Virus record (IMG/VR): IMGVR_UViG_3300013901_000016
Origin: an uncultured virus (IMG/VR IMGVR_UViG_3300013901_000016)
Taxonomy: Duplodnaviria; Heunggongvirae; Uroviricota; Caudoviricetes; Crassvirales
Direction: 5' to 3' (one strand)
DNA length: 64,000 bases
This document shows positions 21,401 to 35,154 of the stretch, piece by piece; position 1 is the first letter of the stretch, and each line of letters begins with the position of its first letter. The position numbers and the translations under genes are program-made. Under the pieces are notes generated by a model, which was not told where the DNA came from, made no database searches, and saw nothing but the letters and a program-made list of their open reading frames with translations.

Positions 21401-24400
21401 TTTTGTAATTTTTGTTTTCATAACGATATACGTATGTTTATTTATGATTTAATTTTAGTCGTTGAACCTTTCTCTATAAACGTATTAAATAGAGACTTGG
21501 CTGCTGATTGTCCACTTTATGTGGAGTTCCCAGCAATTAAAGGAATTTTTTATATTATACTGGTTTGAACATTGATATTGTTTATCCGAACCAGTTACTT
21601 TAGTAAACTCTCTAGGAAGAATAATAGTATCCTTTACAACAGGAAGTACATCTACAAATCTTAAAGCATGTATAGAAGATTGGGCTTGTGTAGGAATACG
21701 ATAACCAATAGTATTAGCTTTTACATCGCTTCTATTACCAATAATCTTATTGTCAAATAGCCACTTTCTAGCCTAATCGAAAGACATCCCTTCAGGTATT
21801 ATGTGCTCGAAATAATCTATAGATATAACAGCATCCATACTACCATCGTTGTTTATAAACTAGAGCTGTTTACCTTCATTAAGAGTTTGCCAGTTAATAA
21901 GTTTTCTGGCTGCTGCTGGTAACTTGCCGTATTCATCATCAGAAATAACATTACCTTCCATAGCAAATACTGATCTCTGATAGAATGCGTTTCCTGGAGT
22001 CTTTACATCTACGATTCTTTTATTTAAAGCTGATGTAAGAATACTTTCTATCCAGTGTGGATCTGATTGTGCGGCAAGTGGGACATTTAAATGTTTACTA
22101 CCATCTGCTTCAACTTTAATAGTAATAGCATCTATAGTGTTCTTGTTGGCATTTCTTGATGTAAGCTCATTATTTAAGAACTTAGCAAATTTCTATATAT
22201 CAAACTCGTTATCGGTAAAGAAAAGATCATCTACCTCTTTAACACCCATATCGGAAAGAGTGTTTATAGAGCTCATAATATTATCTAGAATCTGTGTACC
22301 AGAAATCGTTTCCCCAGTAAGAGAATCTGTATAATTAGTTCTATCTAAAATCAAACTAGCAAGAGCTACCTTGGCAGTCTATGTACCAAGATTCATTTCA
22401 ACTTTACCATTAGGATCTGTATTGAGCTACTTTCTAAGGTACCTAAGATCTTGTTTAAATGTTGTAAATGGCTCTTCTATACCTTTACCTTGTTTAAATT
22501 CGGAGTTATGTTTATTGCCAATCTTTACAGCAGAATCAAACAAAAGCATATCTACGCCTTCGCTTATCATCTTATTATACACCTTACCCATATCTCCCAT
22601 TGCGATAGATGGGAATATCGGGAATAAAGCCATCTTGTTATAGTAAGGTATAAGTAGACTTCCAAGCTAGTCATCATTCCTATGACCAAACGCACTATAC
22701 TTCTGAGCACCAACAATAAATTCCTAAAGTTCTTTAAACGCATCAGCTTTCTATCTAAATGTATATTGGCTCTTAGGATCTCTAAGCATTGCAAATAATT
22801 GTTTAGCTTTGTTATTGTATAGTCCAAGTGATCTTAAAAGCTTTTCGCACATCTTATCAGTAATAAATGCAGAACCATCGGCTACGTTTATACCCTTTTC
22901 TGCATATGCCTTGTATTCTGATTTGTACTTTTTATCGACTCTAGCTTTATCGTTTTCATCTAAGTATTTATCTCTAAACTCTTCAAATTCTTTTTGAGTT
23001 TTATGGTCAGCGTAAGCTATTTTTGCAGCTTCGTCTTTACTTTTACCACTACGAACAAGCTTGTTGTACACAGCCTCTTTTGTATTAGCCTGTACAAACA
23101 TTTTTTCTACGCTATTTTGATATATATCATCAATAGTGCCATCATGCATTTTATCGGCTTCAGAAGACACGATAAAATCATCCACCTAAGCACAAGTATA
23201 CTAGGATTCAGAATCATCCTAGAAATCTATTCTAGGGTTAGCTCCTGTAGAAATAAGACCGCCAAGACGTTTTAATTGGTCAGTCTGTCTATCTTCAAGT
23301 TCGTTTTCACTATATTTCCATTTATAGAATGCAGGGTGACCACCAAACAACCTTTCTACCTCTTGTACAGAAATAATTGATCTAGTAGATATGTCAGACA
23401 TCATTGCTACTACTGCCGCTGCGTTCATCTATTCAAGAGTTGTAATGCCTTCTGTTCCAGCAAAAGATTGTCTAATAGAATTAAACTCGTTCCAACTAAG
23501 TCCTACGTTCTATAAAGAATAATAGTTATTTATATCACCTTTAACAAGTCCAAGTTTTATTGCTTTTTTAAGCTCTTCTTTAAACTAGATATCAAGAACT
23601 CTAGCCATAATGTTTCTCTGTTGCTCTCTACTCTTGTTAAAGAATTCTTCATCAGCAATCTTTAAACATTCTTTACTACTCTTTTTAGGATCATTGAATT
23701 TAATTCTCTTTCCGTTATCGTCAAGTATAGATGTAAGAGAAGAGAACCTAGTACCATTAGGTTCCACTTTAACTGTTTCGCCTTTACTGTTTTTGTACTT
23801 ATTAGATGTATGGTAATTCTTTATTTTTACAGTATCATCTATTTCTATATCACCTTCAAAATAACCAAGCTAATGCATACATTCAAGTATAGCCGCCTTT
23901 TCGTCTTTTGCATAATCAATAAAGATATCAAGTACTTGATCTGATGGGCGAACTATAGTCTTGCCAGTAGTATCTGTTACAATTCTAGGAAGCGCTCCAA
24001 GGAGTTCTTTTCTAATTGCTGCCTTTTGATCGTTATCGGAGCTTGATATTAGTTTACTTACAAGTCTATAGTCTATACCAGGGATTAAAAATCCATTAAT
24101 AGCTTGATCGGAAGCCTATAAATACATATATGTCTTCTTATCAGACATTGTAGGATAAATGAGTCCTCCGCTGATAAGCATTGTAACCTTAGACATATAA
24201 TCTTCTACCTCTGATACTTGGTTATAATCTGAACCATAATCGTCATTCTGATCAGTCTTAAAGCCGGCATAGTTATTCATAAGAATCTTAGCCATCTTGT
24301 TACCTTCATTCTAAGCAATTCTTCTAAGTACAATAGAATGTTTATTATAACAGAAGTTTTGTATTCTCTACTTGGCGGTGTTATCTGGATTTTCGTCCTA

Positions 24401-27400
24401 TATATCAGCTAATATATCTGACACTGTATTGTTCTCGCCCTAAGTGTAAGCTTTATTATTATTTGTTAAGAGATTCATCATTTCATTCTTAACCTTATTA
24501 TTCATTGATTGATATTTGGCAAGTTCGTTCACAAAGGAATCTTTGTTATATAGAGTACCAAGATCTACATTTATCTATCCGGCATTTCCTATTACAGAAT
24601 CAAGGAGTGTTAAAAACTTACTTAAACTTACAAGCGTTGTTTCGTTTAGCATCTATCTGAATGAATCAGCACTAAACTCCCCATACTTATTAATTAGCAT
24701 GTAATTAATAGTATCGCTATCAATTTGTATACCTATTTTATTAAGCGTAATAGTAAGCTTGTCTATAACTTCTGATAACTAAGCAGGGCTTGTAATATCA
24801 TAAGTATTATTACCTATTTTTATATCGTTACCAGCATTAGCTTGCGTCCAAATGTCTTTAATCCAATTAGAAGTGCGTTTAAAAATATCATTTCCAGGAG
24901 CGTTATAAACAACTCCTCTTTTATCTCTATTAAATAATATCCTTCCTTGCTGGTCTCTTACTGATAATACTACACCTGTAACACCATTTGCTAATCTCTT
25001 AGACCAATCCTATGAGAATTTAAGTGTATCTCTATCAACGGATAAGTTAGACATTCTTATACTAACTCTACCATCTCTATCTGTAGACGATCTTGTCATC
25101 ATAAAGTTATATTTCTACCCGACTAGAGCTTGGAATACCTATGTAACAATGGCTTCGGCGTCGTAATTTATGCCTTTACCAGTAGTTTCATCATAATTTT
25201 TGTATTGAGCCTAAAAGTACTCATTAAATGTAGAATAAACATAAAAGAACATTGGATCCTAAGAAGCTAATCTAGCTAATTCATCGTGTAATTCTTGTGC
25301 TGTTTTTACATTATGTAACTGCTCAAACATCTTACTAAATACTTCAGTCTAAGGCATAAACCTAGGGTCTCCAAACAGACTATGAGACGTATCTAACACA
25401 ACACCTTCATCATGATTACTTGTATTAGCCCACTTGACATAAGGTACAGTGCCAAAGAAGAATTTAGCTTTTTGAGATATACTTTGAAGTTTACTCATTT
25501 CATAAGACTCTTTACCCACATAATCCATATAAGCGCCAGCAGATCCAGCTTCAAGCTACTCCTGCATATCTTCGTCGTTTGTATTTCTAACAACACCCTC
25601 TTTACTTATGTTGGCAATCTTTGCATACACTCTATCAGCTATAACCGCAAAGTTAGGATAGTATATTCTTTTGCCTATAGCTACACCATTTTTGTCTGTT
25701 ATAAGTTCTTCTTTGCCTTGTTTAAAGATTTCCTAAAACGCTTTAGCTTGAGCCTCTGGTACTGGAATATTAGGATCTTCACCCATAAGTTGTTTCATTA
25801 CATCGCCACCAATAAGCTTTTTAATATTCGTACCAGTGATAGTTAATTCGCCAATGTTGTTTCCCACGGCATCAACTCTACCTTCTTCAAGTGCTTTTTC
25901 TACTATATAGAACGCTATAGTCTCAACGCAGTCGTTAAGCTGCTCATTATTTATAATATTATCGAAACTATGCTTCATTCCAGTTTTTTGATTATAGACA
26001 TCGTAATGAAGTGAATCTCCAAACTTTGCTTTAAAACGTTCAAGGTTTTCTTTACGAATCTTACTTCCAGCTTTAGTTTTATACCACCCTGTAGCCATTA
26101 CAGCAGATAAAAGAGTAAGTCTAATATTTCCAAGATCTCTAGCGAATTGCACGCCAGCCTTAATCTTCTAGAAAAGAGCTACAACTTTATTATTAGAAAA
26201 TTCATTATCATCGTAGTTGTTTTGTGCATCCATATACAGATTAGCTAAACCTTCTGCGATTTCTGTATCAGACAGATTATTGTTACTTTCTCTCTTCTTG
26301 TACCAATCGTAAATCTTTTGTCTCTCAGACGGTCTTAGTAATAACTCTAATACTCTATGGAACGCTTCATGATATTGTACTCCATCTACAACTCTGTTAC
26401 CAATGTATACCATATCTGTCATACATTTACCAGCGAGAGCCATATTTGCTGGTACATCATCATTAAGCTGCTTTCCTATTTCGTAATTACCATCACCTAT
26501 AACACGCTTTAAATACGCATCCATTTGCTCTCTATCGCCTTCTGTTATATCTCTAAGCTTATTAGATTCAACCTATAATCTAAGCCCTCTAGAGCGTCTT
26601 AAAAGGTCTTTCAGAGAGTTTAATCTTGGCATTGAAATAGACTCTTCTTTTTGCTACTCGGTAATTGTGTTATCTATATGGTCCTATTGATTTGTGTTAG
26701 GAACCAAATATGGTCCCCTAAAATAAGTAGCTGTATAATTCTGACCTATTACGGACGTTTGTGTATATTGATGGCGCATTAAGTAGCCGGCATATGTGCT
26801 CTTTTTTCTTTCGTTGCCATTTTCGTCAAAGAAATCGTCTCTATTAAACTCGAGTCCATTAGGCGCAACAAATGTATCAACATTAGTATTATCTTCAAAG
26901 TAGTGTTTTACATTATTAATTACAGAATTATTTGTAAAGTTTAGCTACTGGCTAAGCATTGTTTTTTCAAAAGCCACACCTACAGTTCTTAAATCATCTT
27001 TAAGTCTTTCTAGGTCGTGTTCGCTAGTAAGATCGTAAACTTCACCAGTCCCGTCTATGTGATGCCCATTGTCATCATACTATGGTAATCCTATAATTAT
27101 TTGCTTGTTAGACGAGAATGTAATAGTTCTAGTTTGATTTGATTTATAGTTTGGTTTGTTACTTTCGTTAACATGCACAAGCATTTTGATAAGATCGTAT
27201 GTATTATACCCATTATAATTTGTTTGCCCCTAAGCATACGCTCTTAATAAATCTACAAGCGAATCTGCTTGAGTTTGTGACAGTTTAGACTAATATAATA
27301 TTACAGGTATAGTTGTTTGATTACCCTTCTTCTCATCAAAGTTTGTATGCCATAAATAAACTGTAGACCCAACCATTGTATTCTATGTACCAACTCTTGC

Positions 27401-30400
27401 ACTATTTAACGTATGTATTGGGCTATTCAATCCATCAAGGCTCATTACATTCATCTACCCAGCATTATCTTGTTTTACAATACCAATCTACTTGTTTTTA
27501 AGGTCAATTGAATAAGTATCATCAAGGCTCATTATATTGTCTACGACAGAATGTAATCCTTCTATATTTGCCGAGTTTTCATCATACCCAACAAAAGCTG
27601 GATCATAAATAAGAGATCCGTTTGTTCTTGTAGGAATAACTCTTAATGAATAGTTTTTATGCTTCTGACAGAATTTCCATAGATTTACAAGATGCTACTG
27701 ATAAGATAACCTACTCTCATCTCCTCCTTCATATATATGAAGTTCTATAGACTAGCCTTTGTACGTAATTCTTAAATATGGTCTATTACTATACTCTGTA
27801 GCATTTTTGAAAATAATTTCAAATTTACCGTTAGTAATAAAATCTGGCTAATTGCTCCATTCTACATATGTTTTGTTTTCCTGCATAGCTTTTACGCCAG
27901 GTCTATGCAATATTGTGCCAACACCTTGCCCAGAAATATAGTTATCTCCACCTGACTCGTACCATAAAAACTCTTGTTTATTAAGTTCTTCGGCTTCTCT
28001 AATTATAGAAGAATCAGTGTCCATATAAGAGTCGTCTAGCTGTTTGCCGTATTTGTTAGCAAATCCAGATATAAGTAATCTACCTCTATTAATATTATCC
28101 TAAAGAACTGGATTCATAGGGTTCTCTGGATTCTATTCAATGTAATCTTGTGCATTATTAAGAAGCGTTCCAAAATAGTTTTTAAGCAATCTCCAATACC
28201 AATCAGATTCAACTTCACCAAGATTCTACTAGAATTTATTTCCATACAATCTCATATAATCGGTTATCTTCTAATTATAATCAAGAGTAAGGTTATTACC
28301 TCCATTCGTAATAGTATTTCTACTATCCCTTGGCAGGATTACATTATCTTTCGCATATTTAGTAAACCACCAATCAAGAATTTCCTCGCTTGAATCACTC
28401 CAGATAGATTTATTGTTATTAAATTTCATAATAACATTATCTATTAAATCTCTTTCCTATGAAACGTTTATAGCAGAAGCTTCATTGTCTTGCAATAAAT
28501 TATCAAGAGCTATTTCTGCCCTCATTAACTATATTGATAAATCGTTTATAGAATCTCTTTCTGGCTGTGTTGTTGGTTTTACATCAGCTATAGTACTTGC
28601 AATCGCATCAAGTGTACGGCATGCATCCTCTAGCTCAAGAACTAACTAAGCAACCGTTTTTGGCAGATCGTTATAGTCGGAGACAAGCGGATCTTTAGTA
28701 GTTTCTTTTTCATTATTTATATTATTCAGCTAATCCGTAAGATCGTTGTATACCTAATTTGTATTCTGAATTATATTCCCAAGTTCGTTTATAGCACTTC
28801 TTAACTAATCTTCACTAGTAATCTAGTCTATATTTGATATATATTCTGTTATATTAGTTTTATCGAACGGTGTTAAAGATTGGTTTGCGATTTTCTGTAT
28901 AGCAGACTCTATATTATCTATATTTGAAAGATTCTATTTTACTTGTGCAATAAGATTGTTTACATTCTATCTTAGCTCGCCTAATTCGTCCTTTGAATTA
29001 TTTTTAAGATAATCTTGAACACTACCAATATTAAGAACATTCTCTTCAGAATCAAGATTTTCGGAAATAGTACCAACCTATTCTTTAGATTTACTAAGAT
29101 ATACATATGATAGCATTCCACTTAAATCTGGAATATTCATAGTATCTAATGGCATATCTTTTATGTCATCAAGGAATGTTTTAAATGAATAATATCCTTG
29201 CTGTGTACCGTATGCCACAAGTTTAGCAAGAGTTGTTAAAAACTTAGGGCTTATACCAGAATAAGCTTCACCAGATCTAGCCCATTCTTTAATAGCAGCT
29301 TTCATTTTTGATTTAAGGAGTCTCTTTTTAGCCTCGATCTTAGCTCTTCTCTCATTCTTCTCGTGCTTTTGTAAATAAAGATTATTAAGTCTTTCAAAAG
29401 AATCAGTTAATTCGTTTTCTGATTTAGACTGTTCTACAAGGGCTCTATTTGGTTCAAGGCCGGCATTTAAAAGCTAATCATTAATATAATTCTCGATAAT
29501 CCTAGCATTATTATCATCTCTAGACACAATATTCTTATATCTCTTAGAAGATTGTAGCCATCTATTTATTTTATCATAGCCTTTGCCTCTAAGAATCATA
29601 TCGTCTATTTTGTTCTTTAATTTACTTACAGAACCAAGTTTGTCTTCTTTTATATTAAGCTAAAGATCGTCATGAACATAAGGTCTATCTGAGTTTTCAA
29701 AAACATTATTTTCTACCTAGTAACTATTATCTGGTGTATATACTTTATTTTCTTGCTTTATAAGAGATTCTACGTGAGACGAAGTGTCTTTATGTTCTGT
29801 ATTTATTTCAGCTGTAGAAGTATTATCTGAATTCCATTTTTCTCCATAAGGGTCATTGATTGCATCAGCCAAAGTCCAGTCGATTGCTTTATTGCGCTCA
29901 GTTGTAGCCATAACATCATCAATGAATTTACTAAACTTAGTCTTTTCTTTGCCTTCATTTTTAAGCCCATCTGAGAACATTTTCTATCTATCTGCTATAA
30001 GCTTTGCGTCAGCATTAAGTAATGCTCTTACCCTCGTATTTTCCTCTATGTCATCTGAGAATTGTTCTAATGCACCCATAGCGTCAAGTTTATCCATAAC
30101 TTGAGCATCGTTAAGTCCTTCTAAGTTTATACCTGACAGTTCAGACAATCTTTGAGAAATAATCTTTATATCGCTATCAATCGACTTATGAATTTTAGCA
30201 GCGTCTTCTCTTATTGTATGCAAACCAAATTTATCTCTAAGCATATTAAAGAACCCATCAGATGTCTTACAATCTGCCCTAAGCTTAAGTAAACCTCTAA
30301 GTTGACCAACAAGAATAGTTCTCTGCCTTAAGTCTTCAACATTACTAATTCCTGTTGGGCCAGCCATTCTATTAAGTTTATCCTATTCAGATTGGGCAGA

Positions 30401-33343
30401 TATAAGATCAACTTCCTGTCCAAGCTCTTCTAGGGATTGAGCGTTTTGTTCAGCTTCTTTTCTAGCTTTGTCAGCTCTTTGTTGCGCAAGACTTTCTATA
30501 GATGATCCACTCTATCTTCTTCTCAGCTCTTCATCAATTGCCTGGTTAAACTGTACAGAATGGATTATCTGGTTATATTCATCTATAGCTTTCTGTCTCT
30601 ATTCTCTATTCTCGTCAGAATTCTAACCAGTTTGATACACTGATGCTACAGCGGCTGCATACTTATCAGTACCATACTGTATTCCATGCTTCTCCATTAT
30701 TGCTCTAGTAGTAGGGCTTAACGTCATTCGCATGATATCTTGAGCTGCCTTTATTGATGCGTCCCATTCATCACTAGAGTATGTATGCTCTTTTCTTCTA
30801 GCATCTTCATGTTTAAGCTATTGCATAGTATTCAAGATCTACTCCATGTTAGATCTCCCCTTCATAGCTTCTCTAGCAAATAGCTAGCCCTAAGCACGTT
30901 CGTTCTGCATCATTACTCGATTAGTAATACCAGCATTAAGTATTGCCTAATCTGCTGATATCTAACGCACAAGACCAGGTATTTCTGAGGCAGCTCTCAT
31001 TACAACGGTATGACCACCACCAAGGGCAAATCCTCCTTTATAATTTTGCCAGAACTCTTCATTATCAAGAAGATCGCTATTACCAATACCTAGTTCAGCT
31101 AATATGGCAGCCTATGTTCTAGATCCTGCGCTATATTCATTAGCAAACAGACTACCAAGACTAGGGAGTTCTCCAAGTCCCATCTACTATCTTTTAGCCT
31201 ATTCTGCATTAACGTATTGTCTAGCTTCCTCAGCGGCCTCTGATGCTGAAGAAATAGACCATACTTTACCCATTTTTAAGCCATACGCAGATAGCCGTCT
31301 TGCAGTAAGAGGGATCTTATCTAGAATATCTTGATAATATTGTCCAGCTCTATGCATAGCTAATCTGATAAATGCCTAGCCTCTAGTTGGTAATGCTTTT
31401 TTAGCTTGGTCTAACACAGCTTTTCCAATACCAGTCATGGTTCCATAAACATATTGTCCTGCCATTCCATGACCGAGTACAGTAGCCGTTTCTTCACCAA
31501 CCCCAAATCCGCTCTTAAAACTATCTGTAAACTCTTTTCTTAGTGTAGCGTATTTACTTCCGTTTACAGCATCTCTAGCAGCTTCTGCTGTAGCATTTGT
31601 AGCAGCTCCTTCAACTGTATGTTCTATAGATCCGGTTGCAGAATTAACTGTACGCTTTACTGTGCTATTAGCAATCCAGTTTACTGTTCCCTTTCCTGCT
31701 CTATATAATTCTCTTCCAAATATACCAACCTAAAGTCCTTTCTATACCATGAGATCAGAGCCAGTTGTTATATTATCCTTCTAAAACAACGCATTACTTC
31801 CAGCAAGGGCTCTAAGTTCTGCTTTTCTATATTCTGGATGATTTGATGTTATAATACCAGCCAATGCACTACGAAGTATTTCGTCGTCACTTTCTGTATC
31901 TGGATTTATATTTAGTTTTGGATATACCTGTTTAGCTTTTTCTCTTAAATCTTTTATTATATCTTGATACTATTTCTTTCCACCAGACATAAGATTTGAT
32001 TTGAGTTTATCTACATTAGCATCACTAACCTCTCCTCTATTTTCAAACTTCATGTTTTCTATGTCAAGACCAGTTGCTGTTGTAGCAATCTATGAGCCAA
32101 CGTTTAAAATAGCCTACCCTTTTGGACCTAAAAATGCACCACCAATAGCAGCTCCTGTATTTATAGCCATAGCTATTCTACCGGCCGTAGAAGCATTTGA
32201 TGCTGCTATTTGAGAAGGCATCTCATACTACCAATATTCAGGTGAAAATATACTAGCGTTAGCATACCTTTGCTTTTTCTTATTGTAATCATCACTAAGC
32301 GGAAACCACTTCTCGTCAGCTTGTCTGTATCTTACATACTTTTCATAATCCTCCTAAGCGCCTTTTATCTCGGCATTAAGTTGGTTCTAGAAGTCTGTAT
32401 AGTCATCAATTTGTGCTGTAAGAGAATCCTTTAAAGGTAACCCCTAAAATTTCTTTTTATTGTTATCGATATTCTTGTCATAAATATACTAATGTGCAGC
32501 CTAAGCGAATTTTTCTTTATCATTCATCTTAAGCGTTTTGTAGTCTTGGCTACTATGTACGCCATTTGCACTAGATGTATTAAGATAAGCTCCAGCTTTG
32601 CCAAGTACATCTAAAAGGAATCCTCCTGCTCCAGCCAATCCCTCCTTTACTGAATCCCATACATTATCCATATCGTGTTGAGCTCGGAGCTATTCAGCTC
32701 TTTGCTCATACACCTCGCCGTTTTTAATCTGCCAATCAAGTTGTTTGATCTAATTATTTATTCTAACAATATTCTACTTGTCTTGATTAGATAAACTATT
32801 TCTATTATTAGAATAATCTTGCAATTGTTGCTAAAGTTGTAATCTCTACAGCTTTAACTCTTTATTCTTCTTAGCTAGATCTACAGTAGCTGACGTTTCT
32901 TTATTCAGTATTACCTTACCAGCCGCATTGCTAGCTCTAACCTAATCTGTAGAACTAAACAAGTCTCCAATAGTTTCTTTACCAATAGCTGTAAAATCAA
33001 AACCAGGATTTTGTGGTCTAAACAAAGGTTGCCTCATAGCAAGCTCGTCATTTACAGCCTTTGCACTTTTCATCTTGTCATATATATCTGACAAGTTTCT
33101 AGTTTCCTAATCTTCTCTGTTAAGCGATTTAGATACATTCACATAATCTTTGTACCCTTTGTTAACAATATGCTATGTTGGAGAAGTACTCTGATATCTA
33201 GCTAAATTGCTTCTAAATTTATTTGTTACCCTACTGTACGGCGTGCTGTTATCACGTCTTATGTATCTAATAGGGTCATAAGTACTGCCTTCTGATCCCC
33301 AGGGGATTATATTAGGACTTACGTTCTTTGTTTTATTTGCCAT
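15469..33343 (-). CDS. Virion RNA polymerase polyprotein (~5659 aa, TAG=Gln), join(21584..33343,15469..20688), with zincin-like, two-barrel RNAP and SF1 helicase regions
   Basis: 17 track fragments fall into one frame per exon. It contains GYRIPTQAQSS and, after intron removal, TGSD-FDIDK (crAss RNAP catalytic motif), HEAFH near 26360-26374 and helicase motifs at 16800-18110. Confidence 0.85.
20689..21583 (-). mobile_element. Group I intron in the RNA polymerase catalytic motif
   Basis: The 5' exon ends in U (GAT) and the intron ends in G. P1 is ACTGGTTCGGAT/GTTCAAACCAGT with a U.G pair and P10 is AATATCAA/TTGATATT. Core elements AATTGCTGGGAACTCC, AATCAGCAGCC, GTTCAACGACTA and AAGATATAGTCT are present. 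Confidence 0.92.
20720..21421 (-). CDS. Intron-encoded LAGLIDADG homing endonuclease (233 aa, 5 in-frame TAG)
   Basis: MKTKITKESRNLLIALLLGDG...GIAIWYMDDG (LAGLIDADG_2-type motifs). Open only with TAG as sense and ends in TGA. Confidence 0.88.
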
Positions 33344-33348
33344 AATTA

Positions 33349-35154
33349 TTAGTTTTTATAATACTAATTATAACTCTTGTTTATGTTTGTCCACTTTGAT
33401 GAATGTGTAGAAACATCATAATTATCTATCGTAACGTTTCCCCCATTATCATACCACTCTGTTCCAGGTATATTTTTACCAGGATTTAATACCTTTCTTA
33501 CTGTCTTGCCATTTTTATCTTTTGAAATAAGTATATTTTTCTTAGAAAACGATACGTCTCCAGCTGGTAATTCTTGATAAGCAGAGTAATGACCTCTTTG
33601 TTGTTTTAAAGATTTTATTAATGCCTTTCCATCATCAGATGTACTATCAATTTCTTTTCCTGTAGAAATATTTGTCCACTTACCATTTAATAATTTATAT
33701 TTATTCCCGCTTGTATCTCTTGATGTACCATCTGTAGTATATACTGTAACTTTTTGGTATACATGCATTCTTCCGTCTCTACCAACAACAGCTATACCAT
33801 TTCTAGAAGATTCATCTGGAGTCACACCAAGTATATTATTTTTCTTGTATAGCTTATCAGTGTATGTTTTGTATATTGTCTTTCCGGTTGTAATAGAAGA
33901 AGCTTTGGTTCTTAACTCGCCTTCTGTAAGAATCTTACCTTTAATTTCATTAGCATTGTATGCATATCCAAATGTTGGGTTAAGCTTACTCTTTTGTACT
34001 CCTGTCCATGCAGAATATCCGCCTCTAGGTAAATCAAATGATACATCATTTAAATTAAAGCTCTTATTAGAGAAAGCTTTACCTTGAGCCCTTGTTAAAT
34101 ATCCAAGATTGTTTCCATAATTTTTTTCGCCAAAAGTATGCGTAGCAAAATAGTTCTACATTGTAGACTAAGCTTGATTTAAAACATCACCAACAAGACT
34201 ATATTCTCCTCCTTTACTTCCTTCGGATCCTCTAGATCCACCAGCACCATATTCCGATTTATACAATTCCTTAGCCTCATTTTCTTCCATTCTCCACTCA
34301 TGCTCCCGTTCGGCCTGCTCTTTCTAGAAAGCTCTGTTCTTAGCATTCTCTGCAGCCTGGAATTGCTGATCGTTGAGATGTATTTGTACCTGATCCGAAC
34401 GTTTATCAATCAGAGTATACTCTCTATTACGGTTAATGATATCAGCTTTTAGAGCATTTAGGTCACCTCCATACATATTAAGATAATATCTGCCAAGATC
34501 TGTTTTGGCCATATCCTTCATATTGGCATCGAGAATCTATTGCATCTTTTTTGGAGATTTAGAATATACTTGATACATACCGCCAACTTGTTTTGTAAGC
34601 TCTGGGTCATATTCAAGTTGCATATTATCAAACAAATTGCTAGTCCAATCTTTTAGACTAGAATACTTAGATGGAGCCTCTCTTGTCCACATGCCATCTT
34701 TAGATGGATCCCATGTTTCAAGCGTCTTACCACCTAGAGAAAACTTCTCATAATCTGGATCGTACGTACCATTACGCATTGCTTCAGCTCTATATCTCTA
34801 GTATGTCTTCATAGCGTCATTCTAAGCCTTTAGATTTGCGATCTAATCGTAAGGTCGCTCTCTGATAATCTTGGCTATATACGCTCTACCTTCAGCTGAT
34901 CTAAGAGGGTCAATACCATTCTAGTACAGATAATTTAAACCTTGATTAACTGCGCCTATAGTAGCATCATAATATGCTTTATTTATATTTGCATTAGGTC
35001 CGTACAGTTCCCCAAATTCTTTAGCAAAGTCTTTCTGCTCCTATACGGCCTAATTATATTGTTCTCTTGCAGCACTGATGTACTACGACATCATATTGCT
35101 ATCCAGTAGGTCTATTATAGGGACCGCCACTGGTTCATCATACATTCCTATCAT
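33349..35154 (-). CDS. Virion cargo/ejection protein (~601 aa, TAG=Gln)
   Basis: Joins track fragments starting at 34537, 34324 and 33364 in one frame. ATG overlaps the upstream TGA and it ends in TAA. Confidence 0.75.

Noticed and set aside
1839..21434. TACGTATAT shortly upstream of three start codons (1839, 4630 and 21426-21434 on the - strand)
   Set aside because: An AT-rich 9-mer is expected by chance at about this frequency, so it is too weak to call a promoter.
27433..27534. 15-bp direct repeat CATCAAGGCTCATTA
   Set aside because: Only two copies, inside coding sequence (MSLD), and not an array.
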